Assembly: GCF_004010195.1 (NCBI RefSeq)
Contig: NC_057753.1
Span: 13,133,446 to 13,197,445, forward strand
Direction of reading: 5' to 3'
Source of the DNA: Chiloscyllium plagiosum
Taxonomy: Eukaryota
Length of the DNA: 64,000 nucleotides
This document shows, one piece after another, positions 13,276-26,287 of the stretch. How positions within the stretch are numbered: position 1 is the first letter of the stretch; each line of letters opens with the position of its first letter. The notes beneath the pieces are model-generated. The model was not told the origin of the DNA, did not search any database, and worked only from the letters and a program-made list of their open reading frames with translations. The translations under genes and the position numbers were made by a program.

Positions 13276-14044
13276 AATATAATCAAATGAAGCTCAGACA
13301 TAAGGCCGAAATCTGCCAATGACTGAAATCTGTCCTTGTCCTGGGTTGCGATCTAATATCAAGCAAGTTTCAAAATATTTTTGTATTGCTGTGCTTCAGA
13401 GATAGTGCCCTTAGGCCAGAAGGAATGCATTCAACGTTCACAGTAGGAAATACAAAGGGCCACATTCTTGTTACATGCCACGTTGGGAAAAGATTGCTCT
13501 TGAAGTCGGAAGTAGAAACGGTGTTCTCTCAAAGGTTCCTCATGATCGTGTCAGATTACGTGTCTCTTCTGATGACTATTAATTTCTTAACTCCACACAG
13601 CAACTTTGACAGGTTCTGTTTTGGTACAGAACTGAGTGGTGCAGACTTGGTGTTACTGAGGTAATGTAAGGCAATTGTATGGGAACAGCAGCCCCTCGTT
13701 TGCAGTTCCAAGTGCTCAGTATTTGATGAATTGCATTATCTATGTATCCATGTCAGGATTCCTGTTAAACCCCAATCTATCTATCATATAATTCGTGAAT
13801 TCGAGACAATTCTTAACATATTCTAAAGGTCTTTTAGATGTTATCAGTTGTTATCTTGCTGTAAGTATCTCTAACAGTAATCCTTCTCAATGAAACCTGG
13901 ATTTAAGTACACCAGCAGATTAAGGCACGAGTGGAATAACACTGCAAATACTCGCCTATGTTATCCAAACTTTTAGCTTTTATGTGATTCTGTGCCCCAA
14001 GGCACAGTAATATAATCTTTCGTACTCAGACCGATTATATTGAG

Positions 14045-14800
14045 ATGTCATTTACATAAATGATTTGGATGTGAGCATAAGAGGTACAATTAGTAAGTTT
14101 GCAGATGACACCAAAATTGGAGATGTAGTGGGCAGTGAAGAGGGTTACGTCAGATTACAACAGGATCGGGACCAGATGGGCTGAGACGTGGCAGATGGAG
14201 TTTAGTTTACATAAATGCGAGGTGCTGCATTTTGGGAAAGCAAATCTTAGCAGGACTTATACACTTGATGGTAAGGTCCTGGGGAGTGTTGCTGAATAAA
14301 TACACCTTGGAGTGCAGGTTCATAGCTCCTTGAAAGTGGAGTTGCAGGAAGATAGGATAGTGAAGAAGGCGTTTGGTATGCTTTCCTTTATTGGTCAGAG
14401 TATTGAGTACAGGAATTGGGAGGTCATGTTGCGGCTGTATAGGACATTGGTAAGGCCACTGTTGGAATCAAAGTCTTTTCTCTGGGGTTGGGGAGTCCAG
14501 AACTGGAGGGCATAGGTTTAGGGTGAGAGGGAAAAGATATAAAAGAGACCTAAGGGACAACTTTTTCACGCAGAGGGTGGTACGTGGATGGAATGAGCTG
14601 TCAGAGAATGTGGTGGAGGCTGGTACAATTGCAACATTTAAGAGGTATTTGGATGGGTATATCAATAGGAAGGGTTTGGAGGGATAAGGGCCGGGTGCTA
14701 GCAGGTGGGATTACATTGGGTTGGGATATTTTGTTGGCATGGACAGGTTGGAACGATGGGTCTGTTTCCATGCTGTACATCTCTATGACTCTTCGACTCT
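14045..14800 (+). mobile_element. 5'-truncated CR1 LINE (RT C-terminus and 3' UTR)
   Basis: Encodes SKFADDTKIG...KCEVLHFGK...LGVQVH...LYRTLVRPLLE; ends CTCTATGACTCTTCGACTCT; absent from paralogous sites at about 34.6 and 38.65 kb. Confidence 0.88.
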
Positions 14801-15834
14801 ATAACTGTACTTACTATGGATGTCAGCAGTTACCATATATATATGGTTCTGAAACTTCCTCAAGGTCCCATGTTACCACTTTAGTGAAAATCGCTGTTGG
14901 ATTGTGTACTAGTTTCTACAGAGACCACTGCATGTAACTTGTGTCCAGATTTCTATAGTCACAATCCAACTTCACAGACACGCTTCAGCCACGGCTGTGA
15001 TCGCCAGAGACTGTGTTACTCGATCTGCATGTCGGCCACCTATGGGCACCGACGAAAAACGTATGAATAAGTTACCAATATCCATCCAAGCGAGTTTGTG
15101 CATGAGCAATTATGCGGAGGGTCTAGTTTACCGAGCTGTCCTTAGTCTGGCAATTTCACCTCAGTAATAGTATCAAACACGATTACAAATGTTGAAAAAT
15201 TAATCTAAACTGAGTCTTCATGAACATATACTAACACAGGCTCTTTCAATTAACAGAAAACTAGTATGATCAAAAACGTTTTGAAATGTAATTCTGTTAG
15301 AAAGTTTTAATGGGATGAGAGTGAGTTGCGAAAAAAAGAGCGAACATGGACTCTGTTAATTTCTTTTCTCACAATGTTCAACTCATCCAAGCAGTGGACC
15401 GCCTAAGCCCGTAATTTCAGAACGTCTTTCAGGTGGACAGGCCCATTGTTACCTCATCACTTCATAGGAACGGCTCATTTGACCTCGTTCACTGCTGGAA
15501 GACAGCCTCATTATGACCGCACCACTTTAGGGGGATCAGAATCATTGTAATATCACTGAGGTCAGAATGCCTCTTGGTTTTGACCCTGCAGTCACACATG
15601 ACTCGCTTTCCAGTTGGATCCAGCTGAATGACGTTGGAATGACTCAATGAATGTATTCAGGATTTATGATTGTCATAACAAGGTAAAAATGACAAATAGG
15701 CTTTCCCAGATATTTGCAGCTGCGTAGACTGAAAGTTTATTAATCTTAATGACCATGTCAGATTGTCATTATGTCCATTTTAAATCGTTAACTATAAGCT
15801 AACGGTCACTTCCTACTCTGGGCAATAGGGAATG

Positions 15835-16175
15835 CGATGGTGTCGTGGGATTGTCGCTCAACTGTTAAGCCAGAAACGTAGGCAATGTTCTAGGGAATTA
15901 GTTCCGGATCCCACCATGGCAGAGTGTGGAAATCGAATCCAATAAAGAAAGTCTGAATTAGGGTTCTAATGGTCATCATGATTGCCAGTTGTCAAACAAA
16001 CCCATCTCAGTCACCAATGTCTTTTAACGAGGGCAATACCATTCTTTCCTGGTCTGGTCTACATGCGAATCCGGTCCCACAGCAAAATCTTTGATTCTCA
16101 ACTACACTCTGGGCAATTAGAGATGGACAATAAATACTGGCCAGGTCAGTGATGCCCAGATCCCATGAATAAAAG
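15835..16175 (+). mobile_element. tRNA-derived shark SINE; inverted paralogues at about 30680-31030 and 37920-38250
   Basis: 5' A/B-box-like region and 3' GGGCAATTAGAGATGGACAATAAATACTGGCC...CCCATGAATAAAA tail. Confidence 0.6.
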
Positions 16176-19100
16176 ACATAACAATGTCAGATGCGTCTTG
16201 GGAACTTTGGATGCACGCAATTATGTCAGGAGTCTAGGGTTCAGTTTCTGGTACGAGTAGTAAGACTGAAGAGATTGATTAGAACATGAGATCAGCGGTA
16301 ATGATGCGGTGGTAGCGTCTGAATCGGGTAAGCCAGGAAAACTCACTTACGTCAAAATGCTGAATCACACATCTGAACATGTTGATTAGGAAAAATGTAA
16401 ATCACCATTGCACCGGACATGAAGGACTTCAATCTGAGCACGGAAACCAAAATAAGACTATCCTCTTTCCCAAAGAGGGTCAGAGTAAGTCTCTGTGTGT
16501 TCAAAGCTGTGCCCTCTTGATCGACCAATTGCACGTGATTATTTCGAATCAAAGTAACAATAGTTTAGACAAACAATATTGCAGAGAAAAAGAAGTTTTA
16601 TTTAGGACAGTATGACGTTTAACTATACGAAACAGCGTATCTAATACGAGAGATCAAAAGAGTCCATGTTAAATCGCCAAAGGATCCCGTCATCAGTTAC
16701 CAAGTGAATTGGGTTTGGAAAAAGTGAAGTTGAAAAATGATGTGAATAGGCATTTCAAATACATACATTCACAATAATCTGAATGATTAATGAGACTGCC
16801 GATGTTTTATCACTCTAATCACTTTATACCCTGTCCCCACCGCAATCCTCCTTAATCTATTCTTCATCAGTCAACAGTGAACAGGTATAGTATGCAGACA
16901 GATTTCCCGAGACCTAGGCATCACTATGTCTGCTCCATCAATGCGGCTGCAAACGAGAGCTATTGCGCACCTTCTTTGCTTTGTCGACACTGTAGTTGCT
17001 TCGCATACAATTTTCGTTTGTTGTGAGCAATCTGTTCTGAATTCGTGAATCAGGAGATTATTGCCGCTGGCCCATCTCTGTCATTGGTTAGATCAGCCGC
17101 AAAATGAAGCAGTGATATGTAATTCTGCTCTGACTTAATGTTTCCTGTGTTAAAGTCTGGTGGACTCAGGAAGTATCAAAAAGAATGATCTCGTCCTCCC
17201 TCCTCATTAAGTCGTGACACAGTCGTTATTTCTTCTATGTAAAACTCTATTTTCCCCATTCCTACTCTAATGTCTATAACAACAGCAGTGATGCGGTAAT
17301 GCTGATGAAAAATATGGTTATGATTATCTAAATTAAGCTAGTTCTAGTTGTTGCTGTCACTTTCAAATATTGTAACTGAGCTGAGAAGAAGTGGTGCAAC
17401 ATCATTTTATATATAAACAACTGTTGAAGAAGAAATTGATGACAATCTATAATAAATCTAGAACACAAATATTCAACCTTGTTCTGACGCACTCTACATC
17501 TACACATTCTCCATAATTCATGCTTTGGCTCATGGAGAACACGAATTACAGAATTGTGAATTAGTTTTACCTCCATATTTTACAAAACTGCGAAAAGTAA
17601 CAAAGTAAGAATCGACACTACCCAGAACATTGACACTGATGTCATGAGAAGCATAGAAGCCTGCAAAGACCCTGAGAAAATTTCCATAGTATGATTTCCA
17701 TGTATTGCTCGCCAGAGAACGCCATTTTACCGTGGCACAGGTGAAATAATTCGAAGTCCACGGTCTACCTTAAATTGAATGCAACATTAAACATCGATTG
17801 GTCAGTGATCCCCATGAATCTCTTCCGTATGAGATTATTATTTAGTCTATATCGTCACACAATGCCATGTCTACTTAAACCTACTTTCCAGTCGACTCCA
17901 GAACAAGGTGTTCTAAGACACAATCCTGAAAAATATCTATGTGCTTTCCATCTTGCCTACCTGGAGCTGATTGACATTTACAGCATAAGTATGGATTAAA
18001 ATATCCCATGATTACCTCGAAATTCTGAAAAGTTAACATGACTTTTTTCTTTATGCCGCACTAAATTCTTGTTTAAGAGTATGTGGCCACACACAACCCT
18101 CATTTCCTGCTTTGAAAGTTTTGATTTTCTGTTTAAAACCTATTCCACAGCCTAATTTCTCTAAGTTGGTCTTTCTTTCCATAATGTTTATGGTATTACT
18201 GACAAACATAGCTAACCCCCCACCATTTTCCTTCTTCCTGTACTTCTGAAATATCCTATAACCTTCCATATGCAGTTACCCTTCCATGTTCTTTTTCTGA
18301 AATGCCTTTATAATGATTACGAGATTGTACTACATATTTTTTGTTTGCCCATTTTGTTCGGAGTGAATTGGCCATTCACGTCTCGAGGCAATGAACACTT
18401 TATACATTTTGCTTATCCTCCAGTCATTTCTCTTAAACTTCCTATAGATTTGTACTCTCTATACCCTAATGTCACAGCCAGGTGGTCATTTTGTCACATG
18501 TAAACTATTTTTTCTTCCACTCTTTAATTTACTGCATTCTCCGAAATTTCATTAATTATCCTGCAACATCTAGTTTCAAATCTTCTCTACTTTCCAACTT
18601 ACATCATTTACATCAACATTCAACTTAATGTCTCATCTTTGGAAATCCCACATTCTCCAGTAACAGTGCTGGTGCATAACTTCTCCCACACCAATTCTTC
18701 AGAAAATCACTCATCTCTCCAGTTTGACTTTTCTTATTCCAAGTTGTTCAGGAACATAACGAAGATTCGATACCTCTTTGACATTCTGTTTCATAATTTC
18801 GTGCCTCGTACCTTGTACAGATTGAACAGTACTTTTTTGTCCTCCTGAGCCATTCGTACATTTGTGTCACATGACGGTGGGATCCTCTCCGTCGGGATCC
18901 TGTCCTTCCAACTTCACTTTGCTTTCCCTCAGATGGTTTACTAAAATCTGGCACCAGTCAGACAGCATATGAGATTCTGAAGGGGATTGATGGAACAGAT
19001 AAAATGAGGAAATTCATTCTTGTTGAGGAATCTAGAAGACAGGGGACATATTAATGAAAAGGGCATTCTCATTTAGAGATTTACAGACGAGCAATTTTCT

Positions 19101-19465
19101 TTGAGGGTCATCATCATTTGAAAATCACTTGCCCTCAATATAAAGCCTTCCAATTAATAGTGGCTAGATAAAGTGAGAATAACACAGAATGCCTGAAAAT
19201 GTGAGGGCGAGCAAATGGTAAGGCAGCCTCACATAAACAGCCAATGAATAGATTGGAGACAGCCAACCATATGTATTCCTTATATAACAGTGACTGGTCA
19301 CCGGTTAATGTCCGATTTGAGGAACCCCAGCTAATTGCAACTGGGAGTCAGACCGCTGAGTTTCACAGTAAGTAAAGGCTGCTTTTTATCTGCGATCAGT
19401 CGCTGACACAAGACTGTACGAGCCATCATTTTAAGAGAGTCTTATTTGCTGTCGAACTACATACC

Positions 19466-19909
19466 ATGTATTTTCTGTGTGCTTTACTGATACTCATGGC
19501 TATGCTGCTCAGTAAGTCTGAGCTGAAACCGTCATTATATGTTTTATTGTATTTGTCTGTATGCATGTTTTTAATCTATTTTATGTGTTTATTACAGGAA
19601 CGAGTGGGTAAGATTCTGTTTTCCAGGATCCGTTTCAGTTTAAACTTCACGAAGGATAGACCTTAAAACTGAACTGGAGCTGCACAAAACAGAATATAGT
19701 GTATCAACTCTCCTCGGTTATATGCAGTTTCGCGGGGTAGCTCTGACACATTTACTGAAGCGATTCAACAGTGGAAAAAGAGAACAGTTTTCTGAGCAGC
19801 GTTCTCGAATTGGGACGAAGACCAGCAAACAGTTCCAGTAAATTTCACGGAATTCATGTCTCTGACTCTGCCACTGATTACTGCATACTGCTACTTACTC
19901 AATTATATT
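19466..19909 (+). pseudogene. TCR V pseudogene
   Basis: Leader MYFLCALLILMAMLL (19466-19511, GTAAGT donor); acceptor at 19597; exon RTSG*DSVFQDPFQFKLHEG*TLKLN...HVSDSATDYC with stops and frameshifts; decayed heptamer CACGGTG 19910-19916. Confidence 0.8.
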
Positions 19910-20636
19910 CACGGTGCAGTCAACCAAGAACGACACTTATCTCCACCCGTTCCACAGATTCGGATCTCTGATCTCCATTGAGAATTTTTAATGTAGTCAA
20001 AATGAGAACGGGCAGTATTTTTCCAAAGACCTCTTTCTGCGTTGTTTTCTGTACAAAATCTTTCTTTTGAGCATATGTGTATCTTATTAGTGGCACAACT
20101 CTTTGCATGACTGCCTGAAATTATTTGCTGTTACACATCAGTAGCCCAACATAACGATTGACAATTAAAAGAATCAGAGTTGGAGTTAATGTCTGTGTCG
20201 CTTGTTTGTTATATCCCACGGAGCGGTCATTTTTGGTTCATTTCAGAATGATGTTCATAGAGTTGTGACATTAACGGTAAAAGGATTCCGAGATTACGCA
20301 GGATCGTGGATGCACTGCAGATCAGAAATTGTCCTATTGAATGGCAGAGCAGTTTGAACGACGAAGTGGTCTCCTGCAGCTCACATTCTGCGTTCATGCG
20401 ACGAACTCTCTGTTGTCATTGACGGTAGAACAAAGGGATTGTCATCGCATTGCGTGTCATATCTTGTCTATGCCAGATATTAATCAATCATCCGCCAGTC
20501 CGGATATGACATGGTCCCAACATTGATTTGAAACCGTCCAGCTTCCGTTTCCTCTGTTCAAACCCACAATTGGCTCTGAGCTAATACAATTCAGCTATAT
20601 GTCCCTCCGTTTAAATCCACTACTCGCTCTGTGAGC

Positions 20637-21140
20637 ATGTCGCTTCATATTGCTTACTCATTCCTAATTGTAGCATTTCTCGTAAGTGGTAAGTTGCTGA
20701 TGTGTAAAAGGTATACAATATGGGATCAGCAGTCTTCCCTTTAGCTATGTTTCACAGTATTACAATATGTGCCCTTAATTTGGGAATGGTTGTTGTAATC
20801 GTCTGTTAACTTCATTTCTTTCTAAATTTCTGTAGGTGTTAATTGTGCAGATGATGTCTCAGAGAAGCCAGTTACTGTAGCACAGATTTAAGGAGATTCA
20901 GTGACTATTCATTTCAGCTATTCAACCACACTTCGTTTATATTCCTTACAATTGTACCGCCAAGATCCGGGTGCACCTCCAACGTTCTTGATCTACATCC
21001 CTGCAAAAGGAAAGGTCGTCAGAGCAAAAGATGTTGGCGCTCGATTTTCTACATTCCTGGACACTTCGAACATGGAGGGGAATTTCACCACCCGTAGGCT
21101 CCAGCTGTCTGACAGCACGGAGTATTACTGTGCGCTGAGA
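20637..21140 (+). pseudogene. TCR V pseudogene of the Cys23/Trp41-less family (exon1 20637-20688, exon2 20836-21140)
   Basis: Leader MSLHIAYSFLIVAFLVS; single in-frame TAA at 20889-20891 where the paralogue has GAA; ends YYCALR plus CACAGTG; RSS spacer carries a 14-nt deletion. Confidence 0.88.
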
Positions 21141-21167
21141 CACAGTGACTGGAAGTAGATAAACACT
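21141..21167 (+). other. RSS with shortened spacer (heptamer + 11 nt + ATAAACACT)
   Basis: Compared with 63463-63501, AGGGAGTCTCGTAC is missing. Confidence 0.7.
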
Positions 21168-22140
21168 GCCCACTTTAACAAAGCGCAAACTATGGCTGAT
21201 ACAGTAATAATTAACATTACTTCTTAATTTATACTGGAATTCACTGATTTCAAATGAACCAAAACAATTCATAAGGCGACACCACTGGGGAGGGCGTGTT
21301 CTCCTCATTTGAATAAAATTCAAATGCTTCGTTACTGAATGTAAAATCTTCAGAAAATTAAAGCCATTGCAATCGAGTGACTGTCAAAAATATTTCAGCC
21401 GGTAAAGAAGGTGCACACAATAGAACATGAAGCAACATTAACTGAATACTGAATAACGTGGAGGTAAATAGCAACAACACCTACAGCCTTACCTGTTAGG
21501 TCAAGATTTGCCAAAGCATGTCATCCATATTTCAAATATATTTGCAATCTGACTCTTTTCTTTAGACTGGTTTCTGATCATCCAGGCACTATCCTGCAAA
21601 CGTGGTGCTCACTGTTTCTGTGTGACAGATTACTTTATCTAACTTTGTTCCTTCACTTTGAACTTCATATCGATAACACCTCCTCGCACCTGCTCATCCT
21701 TTGAAGACCTGGAATTACTAGGTACAGGCATGTTTAATATGATGATACCTGCAAACTGGTTATTGCAATTATTAGGACTTTCGCTGGATAGGTTCCAATG
21801 TACACTACAAATTGATATTTCAAATCAAAACTTGCTCTTCATTTGCAGTGAGATATTTCTGAAACTACCAGACGAGGACATATCTCGTTCTAGTCTACGT
21901 GAAACATTTTCTTACTTCATTGCAGAAGCGATTTCCCAGAGATGGTCAAATAAACAGTAGTTATTTGCTCCCTTGCACAGTCACTGTCAATATCAGTAAT
22001 CGATGTGAAGATTTTTAATGATGTTTATGTGGGCTACTCTTAAGTTTTTCCCGTTCAGGCATCTACTGAAGCAACAATGTGCGACACACTATTGTTAACC
22101 GCCTTCAACAGGCAACAGCTGTGACCCAGAAACCTGCAGC

Positions 22141-22179
22141 AGTTATTGTACGAGGCTTTCGCTCATTCCCCTCACTGTG
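22141..22179 (-). other. 23-bp-spacer RSS
   Basis: Minus strand CACAGTG (22179-22173), 23-nt spacer, ACAATAACT (22149-22141). Confidence 0.9.
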
Positions 22180-23568
22180 AGGCTCATTGCGCAATAATAG
22201 GCCGCGGTGTCAGACAGGATCAGCTCTGAAATGGTCAGTCGATACAAGTTTTCAGATTTCTGGAGTGTACCAAAAAAACGGGTCTGAGCGAAGTCCGCCT
22301 TAAGTTCAGCACCACTGCTCACCATCTTCCGGACTGCAAACTCGGGCTGTCTTCCCGGGTACTGACGGTACCAGAACAAGTAAAAAGCATTGCCGGTGTA
22401 GGTGCAATTGAACGTGACATCTTTTCCCTCTGTCTGTGCGAACCAGGGCTCCCGCTGAGTATCAGAATCTCCATCACTCATAACTGAAACACAAGATAAA
22501 ATAAAGCTGAAATCATTGATTAAAAGTGCAGCTAGAAATGCGAACTGACAGCAGAAATGTCACATTCCGCTTGACGCAAAATTAAACAAGGCATTTTAAC
22601 GTAAAGCAAAAAAAAAACCCCCAAAAAAAAATACGGATGCTGGAAAGCTTAGTTGTGTAGAAGGGTTACTGGATCCGAAACTGCTTTAATTCTGCTTTTT
22701 CTCCAAGATGCTATCAAACGTGTGGACCTTTCTCAGCAATTTCTGCTTTCTTTTAACATAAAACCTTCTTCAGAATAACTGGTAAATAGTCCACACGAGA
22801 ATCCCGCTTCCCCATGGTCTAATTTCTTTTGCTTGTCCATCTTTCAATCTCTTCATAGTCTTTTTTAGATGATTTGCCCTTCATGACTGCATGGCCTGAC
22901 TCAACTAAACCTGTAGCCGGCGAGTTCTATGTTCATAAAACCTTCTTCAGAATAACTAGTAAATAGTCCACACGAGAATCCCACTTCCCCATGGTCTAAT
23001 TTCTTTTGCTTGTCCATCTTTCAATCACTTCATAATCTTTTTTAGATGATTTGCCCTTCATGACTGCATGGCCTGACTCAACTAAACCTGTAGCCGGCGA
23101 GTTCTATGTTCTGAAGCCAAAACAGAATTCCCTTAATATTACTATTTGATCATATTTCTGCATTTTATACTAAGACTCGTCGTTTTCGAATCCTCCCTCG
23201 GCTGAAGCATTGTCTCTATGTCGACTTCACCTCCCCAAAAAAAAATTGCATCAGTTTTCTCTTTATTAGCGAAACTAAGTTTCACATGTTTGGATTTTAT
23301 GTTTACAAAACTATCATCCGTTAATGCTGGTATCATCACCGTAATTATTCTTCTTTGCGTTTTGTGCCCCTTTCTTCTCCCTGCAAAACACAGAGAAAAT
23401 GGGTACACAATAGCTAAAGAGTAAAGCAACCAGAGTCCAATACTTCCTGAAAATAGTACGGGTTTGGATCACACTTAGAAATAGAGAGATTGATGCCTTT
23501 TCTTAAGTGTAAAAGTTGTTACCAAAAATGAATGCCACCGAGGTCATCACAAAAACTGAAAACTGCAT
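22180..23568 (-). CDS. TRAV: T-cell receptor alpha/delta V segment, intact (exon1 23568-23523, exon2 22483-22180)
   Basis: Leader MQFSVFVMTSVAFIF with phase-1 GTAAC donor; acceptor TTTCAG; V exon VMSDGDSDTQREP...VTFNCTY...LFWYRQYPG...LSDTAAYYCAMS; canonical Cys/Trp/Cys; intron about 1.04 kb. Confidence 0.9.
22757..23110. repeat. Near-identical tandem duplication, 2 x 177 bp, in the V intron
   Basis: Units start at 22757 and 22934 (CATAAAACCTTCTTCAGAATAAC...); only a few substitutions; single copy in the paralogue at about 26460-26650. Confidence 0.92.
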
Positions 23569-23668
23569 CGTTGCTGCTCTGGTTCCTGGACACTTGTTTG
23601 TGTTTCAGAAAGCTGCAGAATGTCGCATAAGAGATAAAAGAAACCCAGAGCATTGGCTGAGATTAGTT

Positions 23669-23676
23669 TGATGTCA
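23669..23676. promoter_or_regulatory. CRE-like element about 100 bp upstream of the V start codon
   Basis: TGATGTCA; CRE-like motifs are established in TCR V promoters; function here is inferred. Confidence 0.35.
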
Positions 23677-26033
23677 TATCCTCCGCAGCAAGGAGCTGCA
23701 ATTACTGAATCTGGTTGGTTGAGTCACTTTCGCCTGCAAGGTCGGTGTTTCTGGCAACAAACTCACATTCTGTTGATTAGACCAAAAAAACGGTAAATGT
23801 AGACAGACTGGTCTCCAATAAACCTGACAGTCTTCTCTTTCATCTCATTTTTATATTATTTCAAATAAGTAGAGGTATGATGTACATGAAGATTCCTTGT
23901 TTATTTTACTCACAGTGACTGATCAGGCTGAAGTTGTCATTGGATTTGGCTTGGATTAATTTCACACTGGAGACGCACAAGGTATTTCCTTATCACTTTC
24001 TGTAAGTGATTCACGGCTGTGGAATGGATGGCATTTGGAGACATGAAGTTCAAAAAGGAGACAACATCGTGAGGCAGGAAAAGCATGAGGAGATTGGCAA
24101 ATCGAAATGCAATGGGATTAATTTTATGGGAGCGGGAAATGCTTTCGAGGATTGCTCCTGCAAACAGAATACATCCCAGTACTAAAGGAACAATCTGAAG
24201 TCGAATCGATGTTGGGGACACTGCCACCTCGCTCTGTGCTACTGGTGCACAGCGTTGGAAACAGACAGACCATCTCAACATAAACGTACACTAAGTGGGA
24301 GGTCCGTGATGCTGAGTTTGAAGTATCAAGGTTACGAATTCACATCTCCAGATTATGAAGGTTAAGGGGAATGAAAACAAAAACATAAAATATGCAGGAG
24401 CAAGATGTAGTGAACTCAGAAGCGAAGAGAATTGGAAATGTGCACAGAGATAATGCAAAAGCATACATGAAAGTCGATAGTAGTGATGGAAAGACAGGTA
24501 AAGTGTAGAAACACAGCAATAATAATAGCAAAGGACAGAATAATGAAAAACGATAGAATGAGCAAAAAAGGAACAATGTGAAGCATAACGAGTGCGATGC
24601 ATAGAATTAAAGATCAGAGTAAATTATAAATTAATGAAATATGAAGGAAGTGGCTTCCTTTAACATTACTCACATTTTACTAACAGGTACACAATCCAAT
24701 TGTTTCGAAAACGAAGCACAAAAGCCTTTATTCGATACCACTCGTCATTAAAACTTTCATTTTCTGATTTGCAGTATTTCTGAGATCCCAGTGGCCATGG
24801 AGCAATTCAAAGATTTCTGACTCTTCTAAAACCTCTATATACTTCTCGTCTTATAGAATCGTTGTGACATTGTTCCCACGTGCCTTCACACTTATATCAC
24901 CTGCAAACTTGGCAGGAGTACATTCACTTCCATCAGGGTTCGACTGCTGTCTTAATGTGCTTTTCTGCTATCTTGTAACTTCCATCCATGTCTTGCAAAA
25001 AATCCTTTAGCCATTTGGGCGCCGATGTTAAAGCAGGCATTCAACTGCAACACTCCTTGAAAATGTGACAGTGAACCGTCTTATTCAGACACGACAGAGA
25101 AACTGGCATCAGTACAGTAGTTACATTTGCGATGGTACAATGCAAACTTACAGAAAATTCAGTTGCTATGAATCTTACCAATAAATGTAGCAAATGTAAA
25201 ACTGTCCACCATTTAAGCCGTTAAGAATTTAATTGTTTATCCACCTCCTCACTTAGCCCAACTCCCTCAGATCCACTGATGTTCAACATGGGGTGAAGGG
25301 AGCTGTCATAGTCACCAATCAGCTCTGTCAACTGGGGACCTCTAGTTCTGATACTCGAGGAATATGAACTGTATTCCTTCTCTGACTGTGAGTACTGAAA
25401 AATGCAAGAATTAACTGCCAACATTGGATTAATCTGTCTCCGAAACCCCATTGTCTGCTGAATAAATCCACGTTGTTCTTTCCTCCTGCGATCATATGAA
25501 GTGTTCATATTTCTCAAAGTACTGAATTTTTAAAACAAGCCTCAATCAGAGATCCCGAACATCGATTTCGACTTCAGGATTCTCGTTCAATACTGGTATG
25601 TGTTCTGTTTGCGTGACATTCTTGGACAAGCAATTCCCGCTCCGATGAAAGGCATCCCATCACGTTTCGACTTGCCAAACCCATCTGGTTCTTCCCGCCT
25701 CACGATGTTGTCTCATTTTTGAGATTCAGATCCCCAAATTCCACCAATTCCACATCAGTGAATCACTTACAGAAAGTATCAAGGAAATACATTGTGCATC
25801 TCCAGTGTGAATTTAATCGAAGCCAAACCAAATGACGAATTCAGTCTGATGTAAACCAGTACTATTTCCAGTAATTATTGGACTGTGGTTGCTTTTCTCT
25901 TTAGCTACTGTGAACTGATTTTCTCTACGCTTTGCAGAAAGAAGAAAGGTACTCAAAACACAAAAAAGTGTAACTAAACTGATGATACCAGCATTAAGGG
26001 ATGATACCTTTGGAAACGTAAAATCCAAAAATG

Positions 26034-26287
26034 AATCCAGAGAGTGGGCCTCCACTGCCCCCTGTGTGGAATGCTCTGCCACAGGGGGCAGTGGAGGCCC
26101 ACTCTCTGGATTCATTTAAGAAGGAGTTGGATAGAGCTCTCAAAGATAGTGGAATCAAGGGTTATGGAGATAAGGCAGGAACAGGATACTGATTAGGAAT
26201 GATCAGCCATGATTATATTGAATGGCGGTGCAGGCTCGAAGGGCTGAATGGCCTACTCCTGCACCTATTGTCTATTGTCTATTGTCT
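26034..26287 (+). mobile_element. Short CR1 3' insertion with 5' fold-back and AAAAATG target-site duplication
   Basis: Tail (CTATTGT)3; AAAAATG on both sides (26027-26033, 26288-26294); absent from the paralogous intron at about 23285. Confidence 0.85.

Larger units (their letters stand above)
18340..21630 (+). repeat. About 3.3 kb V-V cassette directly duplicated at about 60730-64000
   Basis: Colinear similarity across flanks and both V genes (19466 with 61831; 20637 with 62957). Confidence 0.88.

Noticed and set aside
13386-13664. ORF with FR3-like spacing (FSQRF...MTI...FC)
   Set aside because: Not kept in frame in the two paralogous copies; no RSS or leader.
23911-23917. CACAGTG close to the leader-deletion breakpoint (possible germline RAG event)
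   Set aside because: No nonamer at 12 or 23 nt, and the breakpoint is about 10 nt from the predicted cut; microhomology explains it better.
25080-25410. Minus-strand LTVREG...W..QLP V-like ghost
   Set aside because: No Cys, YYC or RSS; cannot be separated from chance by eye.
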